Shown: positions 8,159-18,068 of the stretch, piece by piece | How the letters are laid out: each line of letters begins with the position of its first letter | Position numbering within the stretch: the first letter of the stretch is position 1 | NCBI GenBank assembly: GCA_054661495.1 | Contig: BAAFSQ010000202.1 | Coordinates: 1-18,068 of the forward strand | DNA: 18,068 nt | Reading direction: 5' to 3' | Source: Zygophlyctis sp. KS116 | Taxonomy: Eukaryota; Fungi; Chytridiomycota | The notes under the pieces: generated by a model | The model's database searches: none | The model's input: the letters and a program-made list of their open reading frames with translations, nothing else | Told to the model about the DNA's origin: nothing | Made by a program: the position numbers and the translations under genes

Positions 8159-11100
8159 ATAATCTGGAAACTCTGACTCGGGCTAATTTGATTGAATTTG
8201 GTCCAGATTGCGGGAATAGGATCGCCTTTGTTTTCACTGCTATTTGGCTTTGCTGATAATCCAACTCTTTTCCAGATAATACTAAAGTAACGTGCGAAGA
8301 CTGCGGTCGATCTAGAGATAGACCTATGCTCGGTTTTGGTACATTTCCCAGCCATTGTAAGATATGATCGTAATTATTTTTCCGATTTCTTGTAATTGTT
8401 TGTAAGTATAGTTTCTGTAATTTAAAATATAAAACCCTTACATCTAAAATTGAAACATATCTTTCAGGCTGATTTATAGGTTTTATTAAGTTCAAATCTT
8501 CCATCAGTTTAGTCAGCTGACTTTTTGAATTTATCCCCTTATTTTGAAGAAAAATCATTGCAGAATGCCTTCAATTAAAAATCAGAAAGCTTACCGGACC
8601 ATATTATTACTGTCGGCAAGTCTCGGGATTATAGCGGCTAAAATTTGATTATTAAATACATCACAGGAAATCAAAGAATTCAATACCGCTAGTCTGACTT
8701 GAGAATTTTCATTTTCCAATAGATCCAACTGAGGAATAAATATGGCTGGAATAGGATCAACAAGATCATCCTTAAATGTGTGATATACGTCTGATAATGC
8801 TTTGATACCTTCAGTATTATAGCAAGATTATCATACCTTCCAATTTAACCCATGCATCGCCCGTTATGATGGTGTCAATTATTACTTTTATGAGATTTTC
8901 CAGAGTGGTTGGAAGATGACTCTTAGAATTAAATGCTGTAAAACGTTACCGGTATGCCTGGAAACCAAGACTTGTCAAACATGGAATTTAAATCAGAATC
9001 ATTGCGGTTCCGATTAAATAAAGTCCAAGATTCACGCCTTGATGCTTTATAATTCATTGGCGGCAACATTCTATGAATATCTGCTTTAATTTCATCAGCG
9101 TCTGAAATTTCAAAATTATCATCAGTTTCATCAGATTTTGTTTTCAATGGTGATGTAGAAAATTTACCGTCGGGTGATTGTCGCTTTGTTAGCACAAATG
9201 CAGAAGGCTTTTTGTAGACAGGAAGCTTGAATTTAGCTTGAATCCCTTTAGAAAAATCTTTCTTAGATTTTACTTCACTATTGAGATTGATTTTTTTATC
9301 TTCATTTTCATGCTGTAGGAATAATTTGGCCATCTTGGCCTTTTCTTCCAAGGTCAGGTATCTTTTAACAGGTGCACTCGATTCCATGACAAATGGACCA
9401 GTAGATTCAAAATTGTCATTTTCCTCGTGTCTTATTTCTTGGACTATTTGGGGTATAGTTTCATAAACTAGTTCAGGTACTTTTTCTTCCTTTTCATCTG
9501 CTTTTTGAATAGAATTGGTAGAATTTTTTAATGGAAACTTTTCTTCATTTGAATCGATTTCTGAATTATTGACACTGCGTAAACCTTTAGCCTTTTTTTG
9601 TTTGGGTTTCTTGTCTTTAATGGGGATTTTGGATTTCATAATTTCAACAGGGTCGGATTGAAAGGTTATTTCCTCATTTGTATGCTCCTCTGCACTTACT
9701 TCTGTATCTTGCTCATGAGCTATTTGAATTTCACTATCTTCATTATCTTCGTTTCCCACTGAAACATTCCCTCGCTTAATTTTCTGTTTTTTGGATTTTT
9801 TGGATTTTTTCGCCTTTGATGGCTTCCTTCCTTTGTGTAGTTTTGATAGTGTTCTTTTCTTCGACGAATTATCAGAAGATTCGTCACTATAATTTAATAA
9901 AAATTCAGGGATCTTTGCAAGTGATGTTCTTTTCGGAGACTTCGAGGCTGGGACTGGAGCGCTTTTCGATTTTCTTCTTTGATTTCCTAAGTTGAAAATA
10001 TTTTGGGATTCAACATCTCGAAGATCACCCGTTATGACCGAATTAGGGAGTGCTTTTGACTTTCTACGAGTTCCAGCAGTTTTAGCCTTCTTCACTGGAA
10101 TAGATGCATTGTTTTGCTCCATTTCTTCTAAAGTCTTCGTAAAATTTAATAATGAACTTCGCTGCTTTGCTAGTTTCGATAAAAACTCGGCTCCGGCTTC
10201 TTTAAGTAATATCTTTGGCTTATATCCTGCATGACTTGACCTATCAAATGTGGGAAGATTTTCTAGCTTAAATTCTTCCATCACCTGCTCCTGGGTGGTC
10301 ATATAAGTTTCTGTAGGTTTTGCATTCGTTTGCAGATTTCTTCCTCCAGTTTGCAGTTTAGAATGCGTTTTATCATTAGAGCTAGTTATGATAGATCCAT
10401 CAATCAGCAAACTCTCTATAGAATGAATATTTTGGGTTAATGATATTTTTGAACTTGTACTTGAATCTTCTTGATCTATTTCATAGCTTTCAATTAATAG
10501 CTTTCTGGTTTGATCACAATGGGAGATACTTTTACGATATATATGCCAAAAGTCTACTGTTTCATCAAAATTTGCTGGTACTTCTTTCTCATCATCTTTT
10601 ATATGATTATAAGCGAGCAGCCTCAAGAGAATTGAATCTGGGAGATAATCTTGGATTCGAACAACGGCAATTTGATCTATAAGCCCCACCAATAAATCAC
10701 CCTTTTCATTTGCAAAACACACAGAATAAATTGGCGATCCGAAATTCATTTCTCTAATCAAACTATTGTCAGCCCCATCCCATATTTTTACAGTCCTTTC
10801 AGTTCCACATGTTGCAAAAATATTTAACTTTTCCAGACATGAGATTGATGTCAGGTCTTGATGATCATCGCCTTTTGATCTTTTTTCAATTTTTGTCAAT
10901 CCTGTACTATAGCTAAGCATGTTTATCTCTGAGCTTTCAGAAACAAATGCTACCACTTGATGTATAGAATCAATAGCTATTTGATCAAAAAAGGCGACAG
11001 GTGACTCGAATGAACAGATCAGATTGATTGACTTTAAAGGTTTGAGAAGATTGCAATCACCAATTCCATCCAAGTCTCTAAATTGCACTTTCCAAATTTT

Positions 11101-12877
11101 GAGAATATTGTCTATTAATTAACTTAAAAAAGCTTCACCACTTGATATCGAGAAAAGATTTGATCCATTATCACAATATTTCAAGTTTATTATTGCCGCA
11201 TTGTGTCCCTGTATACAAAAGGAATATCTAATGGATGGCGCTTTTTCAACCGTAACAATCTGACCTGCATCGGTCCCACCAAATAAAACAAATAGTTGTT
11301 CTGATTCATATCCTCGAATCGAAGCCTCTTCAATTACAGAAAGCTTTTCCTTCGTTTCTGGATGTATTTCACATATTACAGTTCCGGGATTAGTGGAAGT
11401 ACCAATTACGATAATCGAACCATCGTTTAAAAGTGCAAAAAGTTGTTCACCAATACTATCATAAACAACTTTTTTCAAAGAATTATTAGAGATAGGAGGA
11501 AAAGCGAGACACAAAACCGAGCCTGAAACTGGGCAAATCAGCCTGATAGAAAAATCCTGCGTGACTGCCAATATGCGGCCACCTTTTGATTTGCTGTACC
11601 GTTTCATATATATTACAGGCATCTTCAAAAAAGAAAAAGTCCAGTAGTAGTGATTTAAATCCCAAATACTGAGTTTTGTCGTGGAAAACGTAGCAAAATG
11701 TTCCCCCTTAAGCCATTTGACCCCCATACATTCGGAACCCGTCTCCAAAATGTAATTACAAAGACCTGTATCTAAATTCCACTGTCGGATAGAACCATCA
11801 AAAGAACTTGAAAGCAAAAATGGAGATAATTTAGAAGTTGCTGAGACTGATATAGAAAAAGGATTAAGAAGAAGTCCTGTAATCCCTTGAAAGTGCCCAT
11901 TAAGATCAAATATAAGATTCTTTTTTTGGTTCCATATTTTCACTTAAATAAAATAACTAAAAGTTTACAATCGCCATCACGAGATCCAGTGATTAAATAT
12001 TGATTTTCTTCATCAAATACCATTGCAGTTATAGTACCATCATGTATTTGTTTCATTGTATCAATTTTTTCACCATTCTTATAATCATAGAGCTAATATT
12101 ATCTAAATAATTTTTACAGAGATATTATTATCATACGCTACATAGATCTGTCCACATTTAATGTATACTGAAATTGTGACCCAGTCATCAACATTGAGAT
12201 CAGAGATACATAATCGAGGTGAATCAAGAACAAAAGTATTTTTTTGCTGAATAAAACTCCAAATCTGAATGTTACCGACTCCAGAGACAACAATTTCTTC
12301 TGTTTCTTCAATAAAATTCAGACTGAAAGTTAATTTAGTTAAATTACTTTAAAACTGGCTTGATACTGGACTTAACTCCAGTCAAAGTAAAATCGCTTGT
12401 TAATGTTTTCAGTTCCAAGAGCGATGTTGAGATTATGATGACTCTCCATTTAGGTGCATATTCCCATTGGCCGATTCCCGTTACTACGCTGCCCTTTTCA
12501 TCATTTCGAGGCTTCTTAATGGGAAGTTTGAGAATATGATTTGATTCTGACCACAAATGAACATAATTGGCATCCATGGCTGCAAACTGATTTCTCATTC
12601 CCGACATACACAACATCGATGTAAAGTTAGAATTCACAGAGGGATGATCAATTGAATCCATTAATTGAAACCCATGTGGTATACTCAATTGGTAAGAAGT
12701 TGGACGTTCTTCATCGCTCTCATCCTCGCCGGCTAATGATGATCTTCGGACCTTTTTAACCCCTGATTTTATGCTAGAAGACAACATGTATTCAATCTTC
12801 TTTTTAACTGATGCCCATGGCTGTATAAGTGCTTCTGATGAGACAATGAGAGAGTTTTCAATGTATTGCTCGTCCAT
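8148..12877 (-). CDS. Large WD40-repeat protein with a Lys/Ser/Glu-rich linker and HEAT-like C-terminus (WDR97/WDR87-like), ~1500 aa; introns 12323-12347, 12093-12117, 11943-11968, 11112-11138, 8922-8949, 8809-8836, 8569-8594
   Basis: Multiple WD motifs (LITGSRDGDLKIW, LLSSSFDGSIRQW, ATCGTERTVKIWD...LIREMNF....SVCFANEKGDLLVG). Seven 25-28 nt introns restore one continuous frame. The WDR97/87 assignment is from recalled architecture only. Confidence 0.8.
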
Positions 12878-12889
12878 GACCAAAGTACG

Positions 12890-15800
12890 TCATTCGTTAC
12901 AAATTACATCAAACAATCCTGTACGCAAGCTATCGAGTGCAGGATGGCGATCATATGCTTTAATAGCTTCTCTTATCGCTTCTTCGGCTTCATAATTCCG
13001 GTCTTGAAGGCTGAGCACATTTGCAAGTTTTCGTCTCGCATCCGCTCGATAATTTTCATACAGTGGATTTGATCTTGACGGGATCTCTTCATTGCAAGCT
13101 CTTCTTAGCCAAATTTCTGCAAGATCTAAGCGTGTAAACTCTGAAAGGAATAATGAACCAATTAATATTTGTGATGCAATGTGGCCCTTACACACAAAGT
13201 TTGAAAGCAGAAGTTCATCCAATAAATTTCGGATAACTGCATTATTAGAAGCGGAATTCTGTTCCGGTTTAGATTGATTCTTGATTCTCTCCATTATAGA
13301 CAAGTTTTCTAGTCCATCCAATAACTCATGATTCGATTTAAACTGTGTCTGACTCTCCTCCAAGTTGGTTAAACATCGCTATCGCTTTACTTTTCATCAA
13401 GATTACCTCATATATTATATCAGCTACAAAGTTGCGTATTTTAGGAGAATATGAATTCCATACTGAAACTTGGTCATTTGTGGATGTTAACGAATCACCA
13501 CTTATTTCTGCAAGAGCTGAAAATATTTTACTGACGGGCTTTTCCAGAAGAGGCTGTAAAGATTTTTCTGCTTCAATTAGAGCTTTTTTGGATGCGTCAT
13601 ATTGTTTAAGTTTACGATACATGGAAGATGTTTTTATCCATAAATATCCTTGCATCAAGCATGCCACTGTAGAATACCCCTCCAGGCGAATTGAAGAGAC
13701 TGACGAAGTAGAGAAATTACGTACCATGGGTGATCTATTATATAAGGGTGAAGCTATATTTTAGATAAACTTGTTTACATATTGGAGTAGTAGGCTGGCT
13801 TGTATTTTTGGTCGGGTCAGGACTGCCAAACAGTTTCTTTTGTAATGCAAAAATAGAATAAAGTGTCTCCATTGCATCTCTCGCTCCGTACAAGCAAGTT
13901 TCGATATCTAATTTAGTCATATGCAAACTGTTTTAAGAAAAATAAACAATTACTCTAAAAAATTCAGTTTGCTCTGCATCGAATCAGAAAACTTTATGTC
14001 TCTCCCACATTCTTTAATTCCCATTCCACATACATTTTTTGCTTGTTCAAAATCCTCCCGTAAAAAGAGCATAATTGCCAATAAGTTCCAAGCTGAGGGA
14101 TTCGAAGAATTCAGCTTCAGAGAAGCATTTACATAGGGTATAGCTTCCAAAAGCTTAAAATTAGTTTGAATATATATACATCATTCTCGTACTTGGCAAT
14201 ATTTAGAGCCCTCTGATAACCAATAAGCCAATTATACTTTAGATCAATTTTTGCATGCAAAGGAAAGATAATTTCTTTCAAATCATTTATATCACCTATC
14301 ATCAATCTATGAAACGTACCATTCAAAACCGATTCTTCACATATTGCGTATAAGTATTGCACAATAACACTAAAAGACTTTGTATTTCTAGATAATTCAT
14401 CAAAATGGTTTCGAAGTATCATAATTATGCGCTGTATAAAGTGCGGGGAATAAAGGTTCTATAATTTGAGAATATGAAACATACATCCTCTTGTGTATAT
14501 TGAAGGAGACATTGAAGCCTTTCTCCTGTTATTAAAACAGATAAAACGTCCTCCAAACTTTCACCGGTCGCTTCAAAAGAATTTTTTGAAATATCACACA
14601 AATCTGTAAAATTGAGAGAAATTTCAGAGTAAGATCTAAACCAGCGTGACTCATAAAGTTGTATAATCTTTTGCGCCTCCTTTTAATCAGTTTGAAACTT
14701 TTACCAACTTATCAGAATCAGCAATACTCATATCTGTTAATGTGAACATTGATACAAAGGTAAATGACAAGTATCGAAGAACTCTCAGAGATAAAAAAAC
14801 ATGCTGACTTCCTTTATAAAGCGCCTAAAAATCAATCAATATTAATCAAATATTACCTCTATCAAATCCACGTGTCTTTGTATAGAATCCGACAAATACT
14901 CTGCTCCATTCTTAAAACTAAAAAGACAATAAAGCCAATCAAAAGATTTTAACAACTTTTGTGAACGATCCTTATCTACATCCATACTACCAATACCTTT
15001 TGAAATATCTACAAAATTCCTTAAAATACGTTGATATTGAAGCAAGTATACTACTACACAATCCTTTAGAGTAAATGGCAAAGTCCTTTGTAAACAAGGA
15101 ATTAAATAGAGTCCAGGAATATCCATTATAGGAAGCAATACCAATTCTAAATAAGAATGTAATAAATAAAGCCTTTTTTCAGCAAAAACCTTCAAATCCA
15201 AATTATAAACAAAATTTAAATACGCTTCATGACTAGCAAGTATTTGATCATTATCTCTAAAACCTTTTAAAATCTAAAATTACCCTTGTGTTATGCTTAA
15301 AAACGCCCAATGAAACAAAAAACATTCACCCCACTTTTGTATTTCATTACTGATCCTACCAATAGGAATATTATTACTTAAAATATTAATATTTGAAGAA
15401 TATAATTGAAAATGCTTTGCAGCCTCGCTTCTCTTTCCCATTGCGTCTAATGTCCAACCTAAATCTTCAAACGATCACAAACCTTACCCTGCAATACCCT
15501 AAACATAAGCATTAAATGCTGAGGACAATTTTCCGTGACTATTAGCTTACTACTAGATAATAGATTATTAGCCAAAGCGTAATTTCTCTGCATCCATGCA
15601 ATTTGAGCTTTATTAAGAACAGCTTGCTAAAATCAATATAAAAAAACATACCCAAGAATTTTCTTCCATTGAACCAAAACTAGAAGATTGCCAGCTATCT
15701 AAAAGCGCAACAATTTCCTTTACATCCCAAGGAATTCCTTTTGGAGGTTCAAAAACAAAATCTACTTGAACTTGATCCCACTGTATAAATTGTACATGCC

Positions 15801-15936
15801 TTTCAAATTCTAAATTCAAATTCGCTTCAGCCACGTACAATGCCGACCAAGGATCTTTTTTATGTTTTAGAGCCTTTCTCTTCAATTCACTCCAGTCCCC
15901 TTGAACTCGAAGAATTTGCATACTAACCCTCGACAT
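12890..15936 (-). CDS. YPP1/TTC7-like TPR scaffold (PI4-kinase Stt4/PI4KA complex), ~925 aa; introns 15627-15651, 15459-15487, 15257-15283, 14825-14856, 14680-14704, 14459-14484, 14154-14179, 13928-13953, 13754-13778, 13379-13406
   Basis: Ten 25-32 nt introns give a stop-free 926-codon frame. The N-terminal RVQGDWSEL resembles the TTC7/Ypp1 R.EG.W motif. TPR-like helices include AIPYVNASLKLN....AWNLLA, LWIKTSSMY and LAEIWLRRA. The TPR call is firm; orthology is less so. Confidence 0.7.
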
Positions 15937-16053
15937 TCCACTGTTGCTCTATAACAGAGCTATATTAGGAATTTATTAGATAATAAAATCCAGTAAAACA
16001 CCTAAAACCGACTATAAATTTGTAATTCAAGCCCTAAATCCTGTAGAAAATTC

Positions 16054-16080
16054 AATCTCAAAATCTCAAAATCTCAAAAT
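16054..16080 (+). repeat. (AATCTCAA)x3 tandem repeat running into the BMT2 start codon
   Basis: aatctcaa-aatctcaa-aatctcaa-aATG, read directly. Confidence 0.85.
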
Positions 16081-16824
16081 GAAGAGGAAAATCCCGATTC
16101 CACTGCAAGCAAAAATTGAAGAAAATGAAAAAGGAAATCAAATTTCAAGTTTTCATTTGAAATTAAAGGAAAAAACAGATAATTTAAATGATTTAATTAA
16201 ATATCAAAAAACTTCTTTTAAGAATTCTATAAAGAGTTGTACAGGGAAATGGCTTATGAATATTCTAGATAAGGAAAATCAGAAGAAGAGTTTATTGGAT
16301 GTAGGAGCTCTAGATGGAAGTACTTGGGATAAATACAAAAATTATTTAATTGTAGAATCAATAGACTTGAATCCGCTATCTTCAAAAGTTAAAAAACAGG
16401 ATTTCTTTGAAAGGCCGATTGATGGAAAAACATTTGATATTGTATCGCTATCTCTGGTTGTTAATTTTGTTCAATCACCATTGAAAAGAGGAGAAATGAT
16501 GGTTAGAGCTGTCAAATTTTTAGAAACAAATGGAATACTCTACATAACACTTCCAAAGTCGTAAGATTTATTTAAACTGATCCTAGTTGTATTCAAAATT
16601 CTAGATATCTAACAGACAAAACATTTATTGACCTGTGTCTAGGTCTAGGTCTAGTGCTAATGGATTCACATTTCTCAACCAAAATTGCATTTTATGCTTT
16701 CCAACAACGGGAAAATATGGATCCAGAGAAGTTGTCCTTGTTTTTCAAGAAAATAATTGTTAATGGTGGAACTAAAAGAAACAATTTCTCTATAGTGTTT
16801 GATAAGAATAGCATATCTATTTAG
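16079..16824 (+). CDS. BMT2: 25S rRNA adenine-N1 methyltransferase Bmt2-like, ~239 aa; intron 16561-16586
   Basis: Motifs LLDVGAL, IDLNP......QDF, FDIVSLSLVVNFV.....RGEM, LP.S|C..NSRY and the terminal GG.KRNNFSIV are characteristic of Bmt2. Confidence 0.9.
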
Positions 16825-16871
16825 ACTGCCCAATCAACGCGACATCATTTAGGAAAGTGGGACAGTCAAAA

Positions 16872-18002
16872 ATGCCTAGAAGCTTTTTGGATAGAAGATC
16901 AAGTCCAATCTCAAATTCTAGAAGACTTGAATTTCAGGAATTGATTATTCCTGAATTCAGCTATGATGATTTTAAATTGGATTCTTGGGGTCGGCAATTT
17001 GAGAATGAGATTGATCAAAAACTGTTCAAGTCTCTTGAATCTGGAGACAAGAAATATGAAGAATTTCAGAAAAAGAGAGAGTTGAATATGATCAGTTTGC
17101 AATTGATAAAGGATAAGATTACTGAATTGGAAGAATTCAAGTCTTCTAATTCTATATTTTATGATGCTTCTTTAGAACCATTCAAGAATGATTTTTCTTT
17201 AAAAAAAGAATCAAACTTGCAGGTTATGGAAACAGTCTTAATAGAAAAAAAATTGGACAAAAAAGCGGAAGATACCCCTGACCAAACCGACCAACAGCCA
17301 GCTAATACTGTTGAATTGGTACCTCTTGAACCAAAATCAGAATCTATTCCTGAACAAATATCTAAGTCAGAGGTTGGATCCAGGAGCTCTATAGATAGCT
17401 TGCAAGAATTTGTCCAATATATCCCTCCAAGACCACCAATAAATCTGGATCAGTTACTTTTGGAAAGTGAGCCGCTTGAAAAGGAGCTGAAAGAATCCAA
17501 GAAAGTATTTAATGATTTATGTATAGAATCAGATGTCTTGGAGCTCGATTTGGGATATTATGAAACCAATTTTGTTCAACTCACACAAACCTGTAGAAAT
17601 TTGTTCAAGGACTGTGTTGGTTTACTAAATAAGCTAAAGATTGCTGGATATGCTAATAATTATGAAGTCGAGGCTTTAAAAAAACTAACCATGTTTTTCA
17701 AAATGACTCTTTCGGACAGCCCACCAAATCCTGATCTTTTAGGAACCGTGCTAGATAAAATCTTTGGAGACGAGAACAACTACTTCCAAATGCCTGATAT
17801 CAATACTGTACTATCTAAACTTCAACAAAATCCCACATCTTCTACCAAAAATAATGGCGGATCTCGAGTCAATTTGAATGGCAGCTCCTCTAATCTCAAA
17901 GGAAGCACAAGAAATCTTAGAGGTAGTACTGTAGGATTGGGAGATTGGAATAGCGACATGCATCTAGCTGGACAGTCTTTTGCAAATTTAATGGATATAT
18001 AA
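16872..18002 (+). CDS. Hypothetical coiled-coil protein, ~376 aa
   Basis: Long intron-free ORF (first ATG 16872) with heptad-like charged segments and a low-complexity tail. No family recognised. Confidence 0.7.
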   Translation: MPRSFLDRRSSPISNSRRLEFQELIIPEFSYDDFKLDSWGRQFENEIDQKLFKSLESGDKKYEEFQKKRELNMISLQLIKDKITELEEFKSSNSIFYDASLEPFKNDFSLKKESNLQVMETVLIEKKLDKKAEDTPDQTDQQPANTVELVPLEPKSESIPEQISKSEVGSRSSIDSLQEFVQYIPPRPPINLDQLLLESEPLEKELKESKKVFNDLCIESDVLELDLGYYETNFVQLTQTCRNLFKDCVGLLNKLKIAGYANNYEVEALKKLTMFFKMTLSDSPPNPDLLGTVLDKIFGDENNYFQMPDINTVLSKLQQNPTSSTKNNGGSRVNLNGSSSNLKGSTRNLRGSTVGLGDWNSDMHLAGQSFANLMDI

Positions 18003-18020
18003 TCAATTTCGCTCCTGGCG

Positions 18021-18068
18021 TTTGTCGAGTGAGAATTTGTCGAGTGAGAATTTGTCGAGTGAGAATTT
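18021..18068 (+). repeat. 15-nt tandem repeat (TTTGTCGAGTGAGAA)x3.2 truncated by the window end
   Basis: Three perfect copies plus TTT, continuing to the last base. Confidence 0.95.

Noticed and set aside
9281-14952. Short plus-strand ORFs (9281, 9992, 10440, 12771, 12866, 13092, 13345, 13921, 14764) and similar shadow ORFs elsewhere
   Set aside because: They are antisense shadows of well-supported coding exons.
16638-16654. TCTAGG x3 microrepeat, telomere-like
   Set aside because: It lies within the BMT2 exon and simply encodes Leu-Gly-Leu-Gly-Leu.
197-16824. Alternative genetic code, programmed frameshifts or mass pseudogenisation as the cause of the fragmented ORFs
   Set aside because: Every break in the conserved genes coincides with a 24-32 nt GT...AG segment whose removal restores frame and motif spacing. 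TAA, TAG and TGA all serve as terminal stops, and the conserved Trp residues I checked use TGG.
18021-18068. CRISPR array
   Set aside because: The 15-nt units are contiguous with no spacers, the context is eukaryotic and there are no cas genes.

Overview
Eukaryotic, AT-rich and extremely compact genomic DNA in the standard genetic code. The gene content suggests a fungus or close relative, probably an early-diverging zoosporic lineage (inference). The fragmented ORF track resolves into about 12-13 tightly packed genes once very short GT-AG introns are removed: KRI1, an orphan putatively secreted protein, a small Mim1/Tom13-like gene missed by the ORF track, CDC14, ACB1, a ZFYVE19-like B-box protein, an SOSS-B/NABP OB-fold protein, a CAMKK/SAK1-family kinase, a large WDR97/WDR87-like WD40 protein, a YPP1/TTC7-like TPR protein, BMT2 and an unknown coiled-coil ORF. 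The main signal is 33 hand-reconstructed introns, all 24-32 nt. All follow one apparent rule: the 3' splice site is the first AG ending at least 24 nt from the donor, with no clear polypyrimidine tract or TACTAAC box. Several neighbouring coding regions are only 10-19 nt apart or overlap, some with stop-start overlaps or in-frame TGA junctions. A 15-nt tandem repeat runs off the right end of the window. All splice models were inferred by eye from frame restoration and family motifs, not from transcripts.
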